From: Eledone cirrhosa
Lineage: Eukaryota
Reading direction: 5' to 3'
Length of the DNA: 64,000 nt
NCBI GenBank assembly: GCA_964016885.1
Contig: OZ024742.1
Coordinates: 349,556,001-349,620,000 of the forward strand
Shown one piece after another: positions 29,751-43,360 of the stretch. The position numbers and the translations under genes were made by a program. The notes under the pieces are model-generated. The model searched no databases and was not told where the DNA came from. It was given only the letters and a program-made list of their open reading frames with translations. The stretch's first letter is position 1; each line of letters starts with the position of its first letter.

Positions 29751-32700
29751 GCAAGTATTTAGCTCACCAATTACTAGACATTTAGTTACCTTTAGTGTAG
29801 TTGATTCTGCTGCAAGTATTTAGCTCACCAATTACTAGACATTTAGTTACCTTTAGTGTAGTTGATTCTGCTGCAAGTATTTAGGCCACCAATTACTAGA
29901 CCTTTAGTTACCTTTAGTGTAGTTGATTCTGCTGCAAGTATTTAGGCCACCAATTACTAGACCTTTAGTTACCTTTAGTGTAGTTGATTCTGTTGCAAGT
30001 ATTTAGCCAACCAATTACTAGACCTTTAGTTACCTTTAATGTAGTTGATTCTGCTGCAAGTATTTAGCTCACCAATTACCAGACCTTTAGTTACCTTTAA
30101 TGTAGTTGATTCTGCTGCAAGTATTTAGCCCACCAATTACCAGACCTTTAGTTACCTTTTGTGTAGTTGATTCTGTTGCAAGTATTTAGCCCACCAATTA
30201 CTAGACCTTTAGTTACCTTTAGTGGAGTTGATTCTGCTGCAAGTATTTAGCCCACCAATTACTATACCTTTAGTTACCTTTAGTGTAGTTGATTCTGCTG
30301 CAAGTATTTAGCCCACCAATTACTAGACCTTTAGTTACCTTTAGTGTAGTTGATTCTGCTGCAAGTATTTAGCCCACCATTTACCATACCTTTAGTTACC
30401 TTTAGTGTAGTTGATTCTGCTGCAAGTATTTAGCCCACCAATTACTAGACCTTTAGTTACCTTTAGTGGAGTTGATTCTGCTGCAAGTATTTAGCCCACC
30501 ATTTACCAGACCTTTAGTTACCTTTAGTGTAGTTGATTCTGCTGCAAGTATTTAGCCCACCATTTACCAGACCTTTAGTTAACTTTAGTGGAGTTGATTC
30601 TGTTGCAAGTATTTAGCCCACCAATTACTAGACCTTTAGTTACCTCTAGTGTAGTTGATTCTGTTGCAAGTATTTAGCCCACCATTTACCAGACCTTTAG
30701 TTACCTTTAGTGTAGTTGATTCTGCTGCAAGTATTTAGCCCACCATTTACCAGACCTTTAGTTAACTTTAGTGGAGTTGATTCTGTTGCAAGTATTTAGC
30801 CCACCAATTACTAGACCTTTAGTTACCTCTAGTGTAGTTGATTCTGTTGCAAGTATTTAGCCTACCAATTACTAGACCTTTAGTTACCTTTAGTGTAGTT
30901 GATTCTGCTGCAAGTATTTAGCCCACCAATTACTAGACCTTTAGTTACCTTTAATGTAGTTGATTCTGCTGCAAGTATTTAGCTCACCAATTACCAGACC
31001 TTTAGTTACCTTTAGTGTATTTGATTCTGCTGCAAGTATTTAGCTCACCAATTACTAGACCTTTAGTTACCTTTAATGTAGTTGATTCTGCTGCAAGTAT
31101 TTAGCTCACCAATTACCAGACCTTTAGTTACCTTTAGTGTAGTTGATTCTGCTGCAAGTATTTAGCCCACCAATTACCAGACCTTTAGTTACCTTTAGTG
31201 TAGTTGATTCTGCTGCAAGTATTTAGCTCACCAATTACTAGACCTTTAGTTACCTTTAATGTAGTTGATTCTGCTGCAAGTATTTAGCTCACCAATTACC
31301 AGACCTTTAGTTACCTTTAGTGTAGTTGATTCTGCTGCAAGTATTTAGCTCACCAATTACTAGACCTTTACTTAGCTTTAGTGTAGTTGATTCTGTTGCA
31401 AGTATTTAGCCCACCAATTACCAGACCTTTAGTTACCTTTAGTAGAGTTGATTCTGTTGCAAGTATTTAGCTCACCAATTACTAGACCTTTAGTTACCTT
31501 TAGTGTAGTTGATTCTGTTGCAAGTATTTAGCTCACCAATTACCAGACCTTTAGTTATCTTTAGTGTAGTTGATTCTGCTGCAAATATTTAGCTCACCAA
31601 TTACTAGACCTTTAGTTACCTTTAGTGTAATTGATTCTGCTGCAAGTATTTAGCCCACCAATTACTAGACCTTTAGTTACCTTTAGTGTAATTGATTCTG
31701 TTGCAAGTATTTAGCCCACCAATTACTAGACCTTTAGTTACCTTTAGTGTAATTGATTCTGTTGCAAGTATTTAGCCCACCAATTACTAGACCTTTAGTT
31801 ACCTTTAGTGTAATTGATTCTGCTGCAAGTATTTAGCCCACCAATTACCAGACCTTTAGTTACCTTTAATGTAGTTGATTCTGCTGCAAGTATTTAGCCC
31901 ACCAATTACCAGACCTTTAGTTACCTTTAGTGGAGTTGGTTCTGCTGCAAGTATTTAGCCCACCAATTACTAGACCCTTAGTTACCTTTAGTGGAGTTGG
32001 TTCTGCTGCAAGTATTTAGCCCACCAATTACCAGACCTTTAGTTACCTTTAGTGGAGTTGGTTCTGCTGCAAGTATTTAGCCCACCAATTACTAGACCTT
32101 TGGTTACCTTTAGTGGAGTTGATTCTGCTGCAAATATTTAGCTCACCAATTACTAGACCTTTAGTTACCTTTAGTGTAATTGATTCTGCTGCAAGTATTT
32201 AGCCCACCAATTACTAGACCTTTAGTTACCTTTAGTGTAGTTGATTCTGCTGCAACTTTTTAGCCCACCAATTACTAGACCCTTAGTTACCTTTAGTGGA
32301 GTTGATTCTGCTGCAAGTATTTAGCCCACCAATTACCAGACCTTTAGTTAACTTTAGTGGAGTTGATTCTGCTGCAAGTATTTAGCCCACCAATTACCAG
32401 ACCTTTAGTTACCTTTTGTGTAGTTGATTCTGTTGCAAGTATTTAGCCCACCAATTACTAGACCTTTAGTTACCTTTAGTGGAGTTGATTCTGCTGCAAG
32501 TATTTAGCTCACCAATTACCAGACCTTAGTTACCTTTAGTGTAGTTGATTCTGCTGCAACTATTTAGCCCACCAATTACCAGACCTTTAGTTACCTTTTG
32601 TGTAGTTGATTCTGTTGCAAGTATTTAGCCCACCAATTACTAGACCTTTAGTTACCTTTAGTGGAGTTGATTCTGCTGCAAGTATTTAGCCCACCAATTA

Positions 32701-35700
32701 CTAGACCGTTAGTTACCTTTAGTGTAGTTGATTCTGCTGCAAGTATTTTGCCCACCAATTACTAGACCTTTAGTTACCTTTAGTGTAGTTGATTCTGCTG
32801 CAAGTATTTAGCCCACCATTTACCAGACCTTTAGTTACCTTTAGTGTAGTTGATTCTGCTGCAAGTATTTAGCCCACCAATTACTAGACCTTTAGTTACC
32901 TTTAGTGGAGTTGATTCTGCTGCAAGTATTTAGCCCACCATTTACCAGACCTTTAGTTACCTTTAGTGTAGTTGATTCTGCTGCAAGTATTTAGCCCACC
33001 ATTTACCAGACCTTTAGTTAACTTTAGTGGAGTTGATTCTGTTGCAAGTATTTAGCCCACCAATTACTAGACCTTTAGTTACCTTTAGTGGAGTTGATTC
33101 TGCTGCAAGTATTTAGCCCACCAATTACTAGACCTTTAGTTACCTTTAATGTAGTTGATTCTGCTGCAAGTATTTAGCTCACCAATTACCAGACCTTTAG
33201 TTACCTTTAGTGTAGTTGATTCTGCTGCAAGTATTTAGCTCACCAATTACCAGACCTTTAGTTACCTTTAGTGTAGTTGATTCTGCTGCAAGTATTTAGC
33301 CCACCAATTACCAGACCTTTAGTTACCTTTAGTGTAGTTGATTCTGCTGCAAGTATTTAGCTCACCAATTACTAGACCTTTAGTTACCTTTAATGTAGTT
33401 GATTCTGCTGCAAGTATTTAGCTCACCAATTACCAGACCTTTAGTTACCTTTAGTGTAGTTGATTCTGCTGCAAGTATTTAGCTCACCAATTACTAGACC
33501 TTTACTTAGCTTTAGTGTAGTTGATTCTGTTGCAAGTATTTAGCCCACCAATTACCAGACCTTTAGTTACCTTTAGTAGAGTTGATTCTGTTGCAAGTAT
33601 TTAGCTCACCAATTACTAGACCTTTAGTTACCTTTAGTGTAGTTGATTCTGTTGCAAGTATTTAGCTCACCAATTACCAGACCTTTAGTTATCTTTAGTG
33701 TAGTTGATTCTGCTGCAAATATTTAGCTCACCAATTACTAGACCTTTAGTTACCTTTAGTGTAATTGATTCTGCTGCAAGTATTTAGCCCACCAATTACT
33801 AGACCTTTAGTTACCTTTAGTGTAATTGATTCTGTTGCAAGTATTTAGCCCACCAATTACTAGACCTTTAGTTACCTTTAGTGTAATTGATTCTGTTGCA
33901 AGTATTTAGCCCACCAATTACTAGACCTTTAGTTACCTTTAGTGTAATTGATTCTGCTGCAAGTATTTAGCCCACCAATTACCAGACCTTTAGTTACCTT
34001 TAATGTAGTTGATTCTGCTGCAAGTATTTAGCCCACCAATTACCAGACCTTTAGTTACCTTTAGTGGAGTTGGTTCTGCTGCAAGTATTTAGCCCACCAA
34101 TTACTAGACCCTTAGTTACCTTTAGTGGAGTTGGTTCTGCTGCAAGTATTTAGCCCACCAATTACCAGACCTTTAGTTACCTTTAGTGGAGTTGGTTCTG
34201 CTGCAAGTATTTAGCCCACCAATTACTAGACCTTTGGTTACCTTTAGTGGAGTTGATTCTGCTGCAAATATTTAGCTCACCAATTACTAGACCTTTAGTT
34301 ACCTTTAGTGTAATTGATTCTGCTGCAAGTATTTAGCCCACCAATTACTAGACCTTTAGTTACCTTTAGTGTAGTTGATTCTGCTGCAACTATTTAGCCC
34401 ACCAATTACTAGACCCTTAGTTACCTTTAGTGGAGTTGATTCTGCTGCAAGTATTTAGCCCACCAATTTCCAGACCTTTAGTTACCTTTAGTGTAGTTGA
34501 TTCTGCTGCAAGTATTTAGCCCACCAATTACCAGACCTTTAGTTACCTTTTGTGTAGTTGATTCTGTTGCAAGTATTTAGCCCACCAATTACTAGACCTT
34601 TAGTTACCTTTAGTGGAGTTGATTCTGCTACAAGTATTTAGCTCACCAATTACCAGACCTTAGTTACCTTTAGTGTAGTTGATTCTGCTGCAACTATTTA
34701 GCCCACCAATTACCAGACCTTTAGTTACCTTTTGTGTAGTTGATTCTGTTGCAAGTATTTAGCCCACCAATTACTAGACCTTTAGTTACCTTTAGTGGAG
34801 TTGATTCTGCTGCAAGTATTTAGCTCACCAATTACCAGACCTAAGTTACCTTTAGTGTATTTGATTCTGCTGCAACTATTTAGCCCACCAATTACCAGAC
34901 CTTTAGTTACCTTTTGTGTAGTTGATTCTGTTGCAAGTATTTAGCCCACCAATTACTAGACCTTTAGTTACCTTTAGTGGAGTTGATTCTGCTGCAAGTA
35001 TTTAGCCCACCAATTACTAGACCGTTAGTTACCTTTAGTGTAGTTGATTCTGCTGCAAGTATTTAGCCCACCAATTACTAGACCTTTAGTTACCTTTAGT
35101 GTAGTTGATTCTGCTGCAAGTATTTAGCCCACCATTTACCAGACCTTTAGTTACCTTTAGTGTAGTTGATTCTGCTGCAAGTATTTAGCCCACCAATTAC
35201 TAGACCTTTAGTTACCTTTAGTGGAGTTGATTCTGCTGCAAGTATTTAGCCCACCATTTACCAGACCTTTAGTTACCTTTAGTGTAGTTGATTCTGCTGC
35301 AAGTATTTAGCCCACCATTTACCAGACCTTTAGTTAACTTTAGTGGAGTTGATTCTGTTGCAAGTATTTAGCCCACCAATTACTAGACCTTTAGTTACCT
35401 TTAGTGGAGTTGATTCTGCTGCAAGTATTTAGCCCACCAATTACTAGACCGTTAGTTACCTTTAGTGTAGTTGATTCTGCTGCAAGTATTTAGCCCACCA
35501 ATTACTAGACCTTTAGTTACCTTTAGTGTAGTTGATTCTGCTGCAAGTATTTAGCCCACCATTTACCAGACCTTTAGTTACCTTTAGTGTAGTTGATTCT
35601 GCTGCAAGTATTTAGCCCACCAATTACTAGACCTTTAGTTACCTTTAGTGGAGTTGATTCTGCTGCAAGTATTTAGCCCACCATTTACCAGACCTTTAGT

Positions 35701-38170
35701 TACCTTTAGTGTAGTTGATTCTGCTGCAAGTATTTAGCCCACCATTTACCAGACCTTTAGTTAACTTTAGTGGAGTTGATTCTGTTGCAAGTATTTAGCC
35801 CACCAATTACTAGACCTTTAGTTACCTCTAGTGTAGTTGATTCTGTTGCAAGTATTTAGCCTACCAATTACTAGACCTTTAGTTACCTTTAGTGTAGTTG
35901 ATTCTGCTGCAAGTATTTAGCCCACCAATTACTAGACCTTTAGTTACCTTTAATGTAGTTGATTCTGCTGCAAGTATTTAGCTCACCAATTACCAGACCT
36001 TTAGTTACCTTTAGTGTAGTTGATTCTGCTGCAAGTATTTAGCCCATGAATTACCAGACCTTTAGTTACCTTTAGTGTAGTTGATTCTGCTGCAAGTATT
36101 TAGCTCACCAATTACTAGACCTTTAGTTACCTTTAATGTAGTTGATTCTGCTGCAAGTATTTAGCTCACCAATTACCAGACCTTTAGTTACCTTTAGTGT
36201 AGTTGATTCTGCTGCAAGTATTTAGCCCACCAATTACCAGACCTTTAGTTACCTTTAGTGGAGTTGATTCTGCTGCAAGTATTTAGCCCACCAATTACTA
36301 GACCTTTAGTTACCTTTAATGTAGTTGATTCTGCTGCAAGTATTCAGCTCACCAATTACCAGACCTTTAGTTACCTTTAGTGTAGTTGATTCTGCTGCAA
36401 GTATTTAGCCCACCAATTACTAGACCTTTAGTTACCTTTAATGTAGTTGATTCTGCTGCAAGTATTTAGCTCACCAATTACCAGACGTTTAGTTACCTTT
36501 AGTGTAGTTGATTCTGCTGCAAGTATTTAGCTCACCAATTACTAGACCTTTAGTTACCTTTAATGTAGTTGATTCTGCTGCAAGTATTTAGCTCACCAAT
36601 TACCAGACCTTTAGTTACCTTTAGTGTAGTTGATTCTGCTGCAAGTATTTAGCTCACCAATTACTAGACCTTTACTTTGCTTTAGTGTAGTTGATTCTGT
36701 TGCAAGTATTTAGCCCACCAATTACCAGACCTTTAGTTACCTTTAGTGGAGTTGATTCTGTTGCAAGTATTTAGCTCACCAATTACTAGACCTTTAGTTA
36801 CCTTTAGTGTAGTTGATTCTGTTGCAAGTATTTAGCTCACCAATTACCAGACCTTTAGTTATCTTTAGTGTAGTTGATTCTGCTGCAAATATTTAGCTCA
36901 CCAATTACTAGACCTTTAGTTACCTTTAGTGTAATTGATTCTGCTGCAAGTATTTAGCCCACCAATTACTAGACCTTTAGTTACCTTTAGTGTAATTGAT
37001 TCTGTTGCAAGTATTTAGCCCACCAATTACTAGACCTTTAGTTACCTTTAGTGTAATTGATTCTGCTGCAAGTATTTAGCCCACCAATTACCAGACCTTT
37101 AGTTACCTTTAATGTAGTTGATTCTGCTGCAAGTATTTAGCCCACCAATTACCAGACCTTTAGTTACCTTTAGTGGAGTTGGTTCTGCTGCAAGTATTTA
37201 GCCCACCAATTACTATACCTTTAGTTACCTTTAGTGTAGTTGATTCTGCTGCAAGTATTTAGCCCACCAATTACTATACCTTTAGTTACCTTTAGTGTAG
37301 TTGATTCTGCTGCAAGTATTTAGCCCACCAATTACTATACCTTTAGTTACCTTTAATGTAGTTGATTCTGTTGCAAGTATTTAGCCCACCAATTACTAGA
37401 CCTTTAGTTACCTTTAGTGTAGTTGATTTTGCTGCAAGTATTTAGCCCACCAATTACTATACCTTTAGTTACCTCTAGTGTAGTTGATTCTGTTGCAAGT
37501 ATTTAGCCCACCAATTACTAGACCTTTAGTTACCTTTAGTGGAGTTGATTCTGCTGCAAGTATTTAGCCCACCAATTACCAGACATTTAGTTACCTTTAG
37601 TGTAGTTGATTCTGTTGCAAGTATTTAGCTCACCAATTACCAGACCTTTAGTTACCTTTAATGTAGTTGATTCTGCTGCAACTATTTAGCCCACCAATTA
37701 CCAGACCTTTAGTTACCTTTAGTGGAGTTGATTCTGTTGCAAGTATTTAGCTCACCATTTATCAGACCTTTAGTTACCTTTAGTGTAGTTGATTCTGCTG
37801 CAAGTATTTAGCCCACCAATTACCAGACCTTTAGTTACCTTTAGTGTAGTTGATTCTGCTGCAAGTATTTAGCGCACCAATTACTAGACCTTTAGTTACC
37901 TTTAGTGTAATTGATTCTGCTGCAAGTATTTAGCCCACCAATTACCAGACCTTTAGTTACCTTTAGTGTAGTTGATTCTGCTGCAAGTATTTAGTCCACC
38001 AATTACTAGACCTTTAGTTACCTTTAGTGTAGTTGATTCTGCTGCAAGTATTTAGTCCACCAATTACTAGACCTTTAGTTACCTTTAGTGTAGTTGATTC
38101 TGTTGCAATATTTAGCTCACCAATTACTAGACCTTTAGTTACCTTTAGTGTAGTTGATTCTGTTGCAAGT

Positions 38171-38203
38171 ATTTAGCTCAGGTCTGCAATTTGGTGATCC
38201 CTG
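38171..38203 (-). mobile_element. hAT (Charlie/Tip100-like) DNA transposon terminus / terminal inverted repeat
   Basis: The minus strand from 38203 reads CAGGGATCACCAAATTGCAGACCTGAGCTAAAT. This resembles the recalled hAT-Charlie-type terminus CAGGGGTCGGCAAACTACGGCCCGCGGGCCAAAT, with mostly transition differences. The partner end is not in the window. Confidence 0.5.
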
Positions 38204-38270
38204 ACTCCAATTCATAGCTTTGTGTTACTTTCCTACTAGTGATATATGACACGTTATACCTATATAGTAG

Positions 38271-41200
38271 GTGTTATAGTAACAACACAGCTCACAACAT
38301 ATTATATAGTGTTACAGTATATATAACACAGCGCACAACATATAATATAGTGTGATAGTATAACACAGCTCACAACATATTAAATATTGTTATAGTAACA
38401 ACACAGCTCAGAACATATAATATAGTGTAATAGAAACAACACAGCTCACAACATATATATTGTTATATTTACAACACAGCTCACAACATATTATATATTG
38501 TTATAGTTACAACACAGCTCACATCATATTATATATTGTTATAGTTACAACACAGCTCACACCATATTATATATTGTTATAGTTACAACACAGCTCACAT
38601 CATATTATATATTGTTATAGTTACAACACAGCTCACAACATATATATTGTTATAGTTACAACACAGCTCACAACATATTATATATTGTTATAGTAACAAC
38701 ACAGCTCACAACATATTATATATTGTTATAGTTACAACACAGCTCACAACATATTATATATTGTTATAGTAACTACACAGCTCACAACATATATATTGTT
38801 ATAGTAACAACACAGCTCACAACATATTATATATTGTTATAGTAACAACACAGCTCACAACATATTATATAATGTTATAGTTACAACACAGCTCACAACA
38901 TATTACATATTGTTATAGTTACAACACAGCTCACAACATATTATATATTGTTATAGTTACAACACAGCTCACAACATATTATGTAGTGTTATAGTAACAA
39001 CACAGCTCACAACATATTATATATTGTTATAGTTACAACACAGCTCACAACATATTATATATTGTTATAGTTACAACACAGCTCACAACATATTATATAT
39101 TGTTATAGTTACAACACAGCTCACAACATATTATATATTGTTATAGTTACAACACAGCTCACATCATATATATTGTTATAGTTACAACACATCTCACAAC
39201 ATATTATATATTGTTATAGTTACAACACAGCTCACAACATATTATATATTGTTATAGTTACAACACGGCTCACAACATATTATGTAGTGTTATAGTAACA
39301 ACACAGCTCACAACATATTATATATTGTTATAGTTACAACACAGCTCACAACATATTATATATTGTTATAGTTACAACACAGCTCACAACATATTATATA
39401 TTGTTATAGTTACAACACAGCTCACAACATATTATATATTGTTATAGTTACAACACAGCTCACAACATATTATATATTGTTATAGTTACAACACATCTCA
39501 CAACACATTATATATTGTTATAGTTACAACACAGCTCACATCATATTATATATTGTTATTATTACAACACAGCTCACAACATATATATTGTTATAGTTAC
39601 AACACAACTCACAACATATTATATATTGTTATAGTTACAACACAGCTCACACCATATTATATATTGTTATAGTTACAACACAGCTCACAACATATATATT
39701 GTTATAGTTACAACACAGCTCACAACATATTATATATTGTTATAGTTACAACACAGCTCACATCATATTATATATTGTTATAATAACAACACAGCTCACA
39801 ACATATTATATATTGTTATAGTTACAACACAGCTCACATCATATTATATATTGTTATAGTTACAACACAGCTCACAACATATTATATATTGTTATAGTAA
39901 CAACACAGCTCACAATATATACATTGTTATAGTTACAACACAGCTCACATCATATTATATATTGTTATAGTTACAACACAGCTCACATCATATTATATAT
40001 TGTTATAGTTACAACACAGCTCACAACATATTAAATATTGTTATAGTAACAACACAGCTCACAACGTATAATATAGTGTAATAGAAACAACACAGCTCAC
40101 AACATATATATTGTTATAGTTACAACACAGCTCACATCATATTATATATTGTTATAGTTACAACACAGCTCACAACATATTAAATATTGTTATAGTAACA
40201 ACACAGCTCACAACATATAATATAGTGTAATAGAAACAACACAGCTCACAACATATATATTGTTATAGTTACAACACAGCTCACAACATATTATATATTG
40301 TTATAGTTACAACACAGCTCACATCATATTATATATTGTTATAGTAACAACACAGCTCACAACATATTATATATTGTTATAGTTACAACACAGCTCACAT
40401 CATATTATATATTGTTATAGTTACAACACAGCTCACAACATATTATATATTGTTATAGTTACAACACAGCTCACAACATATTATATATTGTTATAGTAAC
40501 TACACAGCTCACAACATATATATTGTTATAGTAACAACACAGCTCACAACATATTATATATTGTTATAGTAACAACACAGCTCACAACATATTATATAAT
40601 GTTATAGTTACAACACAGCTCACAACATATTACATATTGTTATAGTTACAACACAGCTCACAACATATTATATATTGTTATAGTTACAACACAGCTCACA
40701 ACATATTATGTAGTGTTATAGTAACAACACAGCTCACAACATATTATATATTGTTATAGTTACAACACAGCTCACAACATATTATATATTGTTATAGTTA
40801 CAACACAGCTCACAACATATTATATATTGTTATAGTTACAACACAGCTCACAACATATTATATATTGTTATAGTTACAACACAGCTCACATCATATATAT
40901 TGTTATAGTTACAACACATCTCACAACATATTATATATTGTTATAGTTACAACACAGCTCACAACATATTATATATTGTTATAGTTACAACACGGCTCAC
41001 AACATATTATGTAGTGTTATAGTAACAACACAGCTCACAACATATTATATATTGTTATAGTTACAACACAGCTCACAACATATTATATATTGTTATAGTT
41101 ACAACACAGCTCACAACATATTATATATTGTTATAGTTACAACACAGCTCACAACATATTATATATTGTTATAGTTACAACACAGCTCACAACATATTAT

Positions 41201-43136
41201 ATATTGTTATAGTTACAACACATCTCACAACACATTATATATTGTTATAGTTACAACACAGCTCACATCATATTATATATTGTTATTATTACAACACAGC
41301 TCACAACATATATATTGTTATAGTTACAACACAACTCACAACATATTATATATTGTTATAGTTACAACACAGCTCACACCATATTATATATTGTTATAGT
41401 TACAACACAGCTCACAACATATATATTGTTATAGTTACAACACAGCTCACAACATATTATATATTGTTATAGTTACAACACAGCTCACATCATATTATAT
41501 ATTGTTATAATAACAACACAGCTCACAACATATTATATATTGTTATAGTTACAACACAGCTCACATCATATTATATATTGTTATAGTTACAACACAGCTC
41601 ACAACATATTATATATTGTTATAGTAACAACACAGCTCACAATATATACATTGTTATAGTTACAACACAGCTCACATCATATTATATATTGTTATAGTTA
41701 CAACACAGCTCACATCATATTATATATTGTTATAGTTACAACACAGCTCACAACATATTAAATATTGTTATAGTAACAACACAGCTCACAACGTATAATA
41801 TAGTGTAATAGAAACAACACAGCTCACAACATATATATTGTTATAGTTACAACACAGCTCACATCATATTATATATTGTTATAGTTACAACACAGCTCAC
41901 AACATATTAAATATTGTTATAGTAACAACACAGCTCACAACATATAATATAGTGTAATAGAAACAACACAGCTCACAACATATATATTGTTATAGTTACA
42001 ACACAGCTCACAACATATTATATATTGTTATAGTTACAACACAGCTCACATCATATTATATATTGTTATAGTAACAACACAGCTCACAACATATATATTG
42101 TTATAGTTACAACACAGCTCACATCATATTATATATTGTTATAGTTACAACACAGCTCACAACATATTATATATTGTTATAGTTACAACACAGCTCACAA
42201 TATATATATTGTTATAGTTACAACACCACTCACAACATATTATATATTGTTATAGTTACAACACAGCTCACATCATATTATATATTGTTATAGTTACAAC
42301 ACAGCTCACATCATATTAAATATTGTTATAGTAACAACACAGCTCACAACATATAATATAGTGTAATAGAAACAACACAGCTCACAACATATATATTGTT
42401 ATAGTTACAACACAGCTCACAACATATTATATATTATTATAGTTACAACACAGCTCACATCATATATATTGTTATAGTTACAACACAGCTCACAACATAT
42501 TATATATAGTTATAGTTACAACACAGCTCACAACATATTATATATTGTTTTAGTTACAACACAGCTCACAACATATTAAATATTGTTATAGTAACAACAC
42601 AGCTCACAACATATAATATAGTGTAATAGAAACAACACAGCTCACAACATATATATTGTTATAGTTACAACACAGCTCACATTATATTATATATTGTTAT
42701 AGTTACAACACAGCTCACAACATATTATATATTGTTATAGTTACAACACAGCTCACATCATATATATTGTTATAGTTACAACATAGCTCACAACATATTA
42801 TATATTGTTATAGTTACAACACAGCTCACAACATATTATATATTGTTATAGTTACAACACAGCTCACATCATATATATTGTTATAGTTACAACACAGCTC
42901 ACAACATATTATATATTGTTATAGTTACAACACAGCTCACATCATATATATTGTTATAGTTACAACACAGCTCACAACATATTATATATAGTTATAGTTA
43001 CAACACAGCTCACAACATATTATATATTGTTATAGTTACAACACAGCTCACATCATATATATTGTTATAGTTACAACACAGCTCACAACATATTATATAT
43101 TGTTATAGTTACAACACATCTCATAACATATTATTG
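38271..43136. repeat. 38-bp tandem satellite with a 35-bp deletion variant, ~130 copies
   Basis: Consensus TTATAGT(T/A)ACAACACAGCTCACA(A/T)CATATTATATATTG. The variant has CATATATATTG. Copies are degenerate at both edges. Confidence 0.98.
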
Positions 43137-43213
43137 ACAATTTGTGTTCCAGTTTTGATTCTCCATTGGAAGATAATAAACTGAGAAAATGTTTTATGGA
43201 ATAATCTGAATAT

Positions 43214-43360
43214 GTGGTGGCTAATTGTCGTTAGGACGACGAATAGAAAGCTTTACCTTGTCCGTTCTGGGTCTCTCCGTTCAAAGATACTGAAGTCAAA
43301 TCTGCCTTTCACACTTTCGAGGTCGATAAAAAAGTACCAGTCCCATGTTGGGGTAGAATC
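43214..43360 (+). mobile_element. Decayed tRNA-derived SINE with a Nin-domain-like core
   Basis: 43304-43341 GCCTTTCACACTTTCGAGGTCGATAAAAAAGTACCAGT matches the recalled Nin-SINE core GCCTTTCATCCTTTCGGGGTCGATAAAATAAGTACCAG. Upstream TCGTTAGGACGACG...GCTTTA resembles the head of the octopus family. The match is from memory, not a database search. Confidence 0.65.

Larger units (their letters stand above)
1..38180. repeat. 61-bp tandem satellite, ~625 monomers, truncated by the left window edge
   Basis: Consensus TTTAGC(C/T)CACCAATTAC(C/T)AGACCTTTAGTTACCTTTA(G/A)TG(T/G)AGTTGATTCTG(C/T)TGCAAGTA. The pattern shifts 1 nt per 60-nt line, giving a period of 61. It has an internal 10-bp subrepeat ACCTTTAGT(T/G) x2, only SNPs and rare indels between copies, and no spacers. 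Confidence 0.99.

Noticed and set aside
1-38180. CRISPR array or repetitive protein gene in the 61-bp repeat
   Set aside because: Monomers are head-to-tail with no unique spacers and there are no cas genes. The period is not a multiple of 3, stop codons are frequent, and the track shows no ORFs here.
38271-43136. CRISPR-like 35-38 bp partly palindromic repeats
   Set aside because: The length and palindromy are suggestive, but there are no spacers, leader or cas genes. This is a simple tandem satellite.
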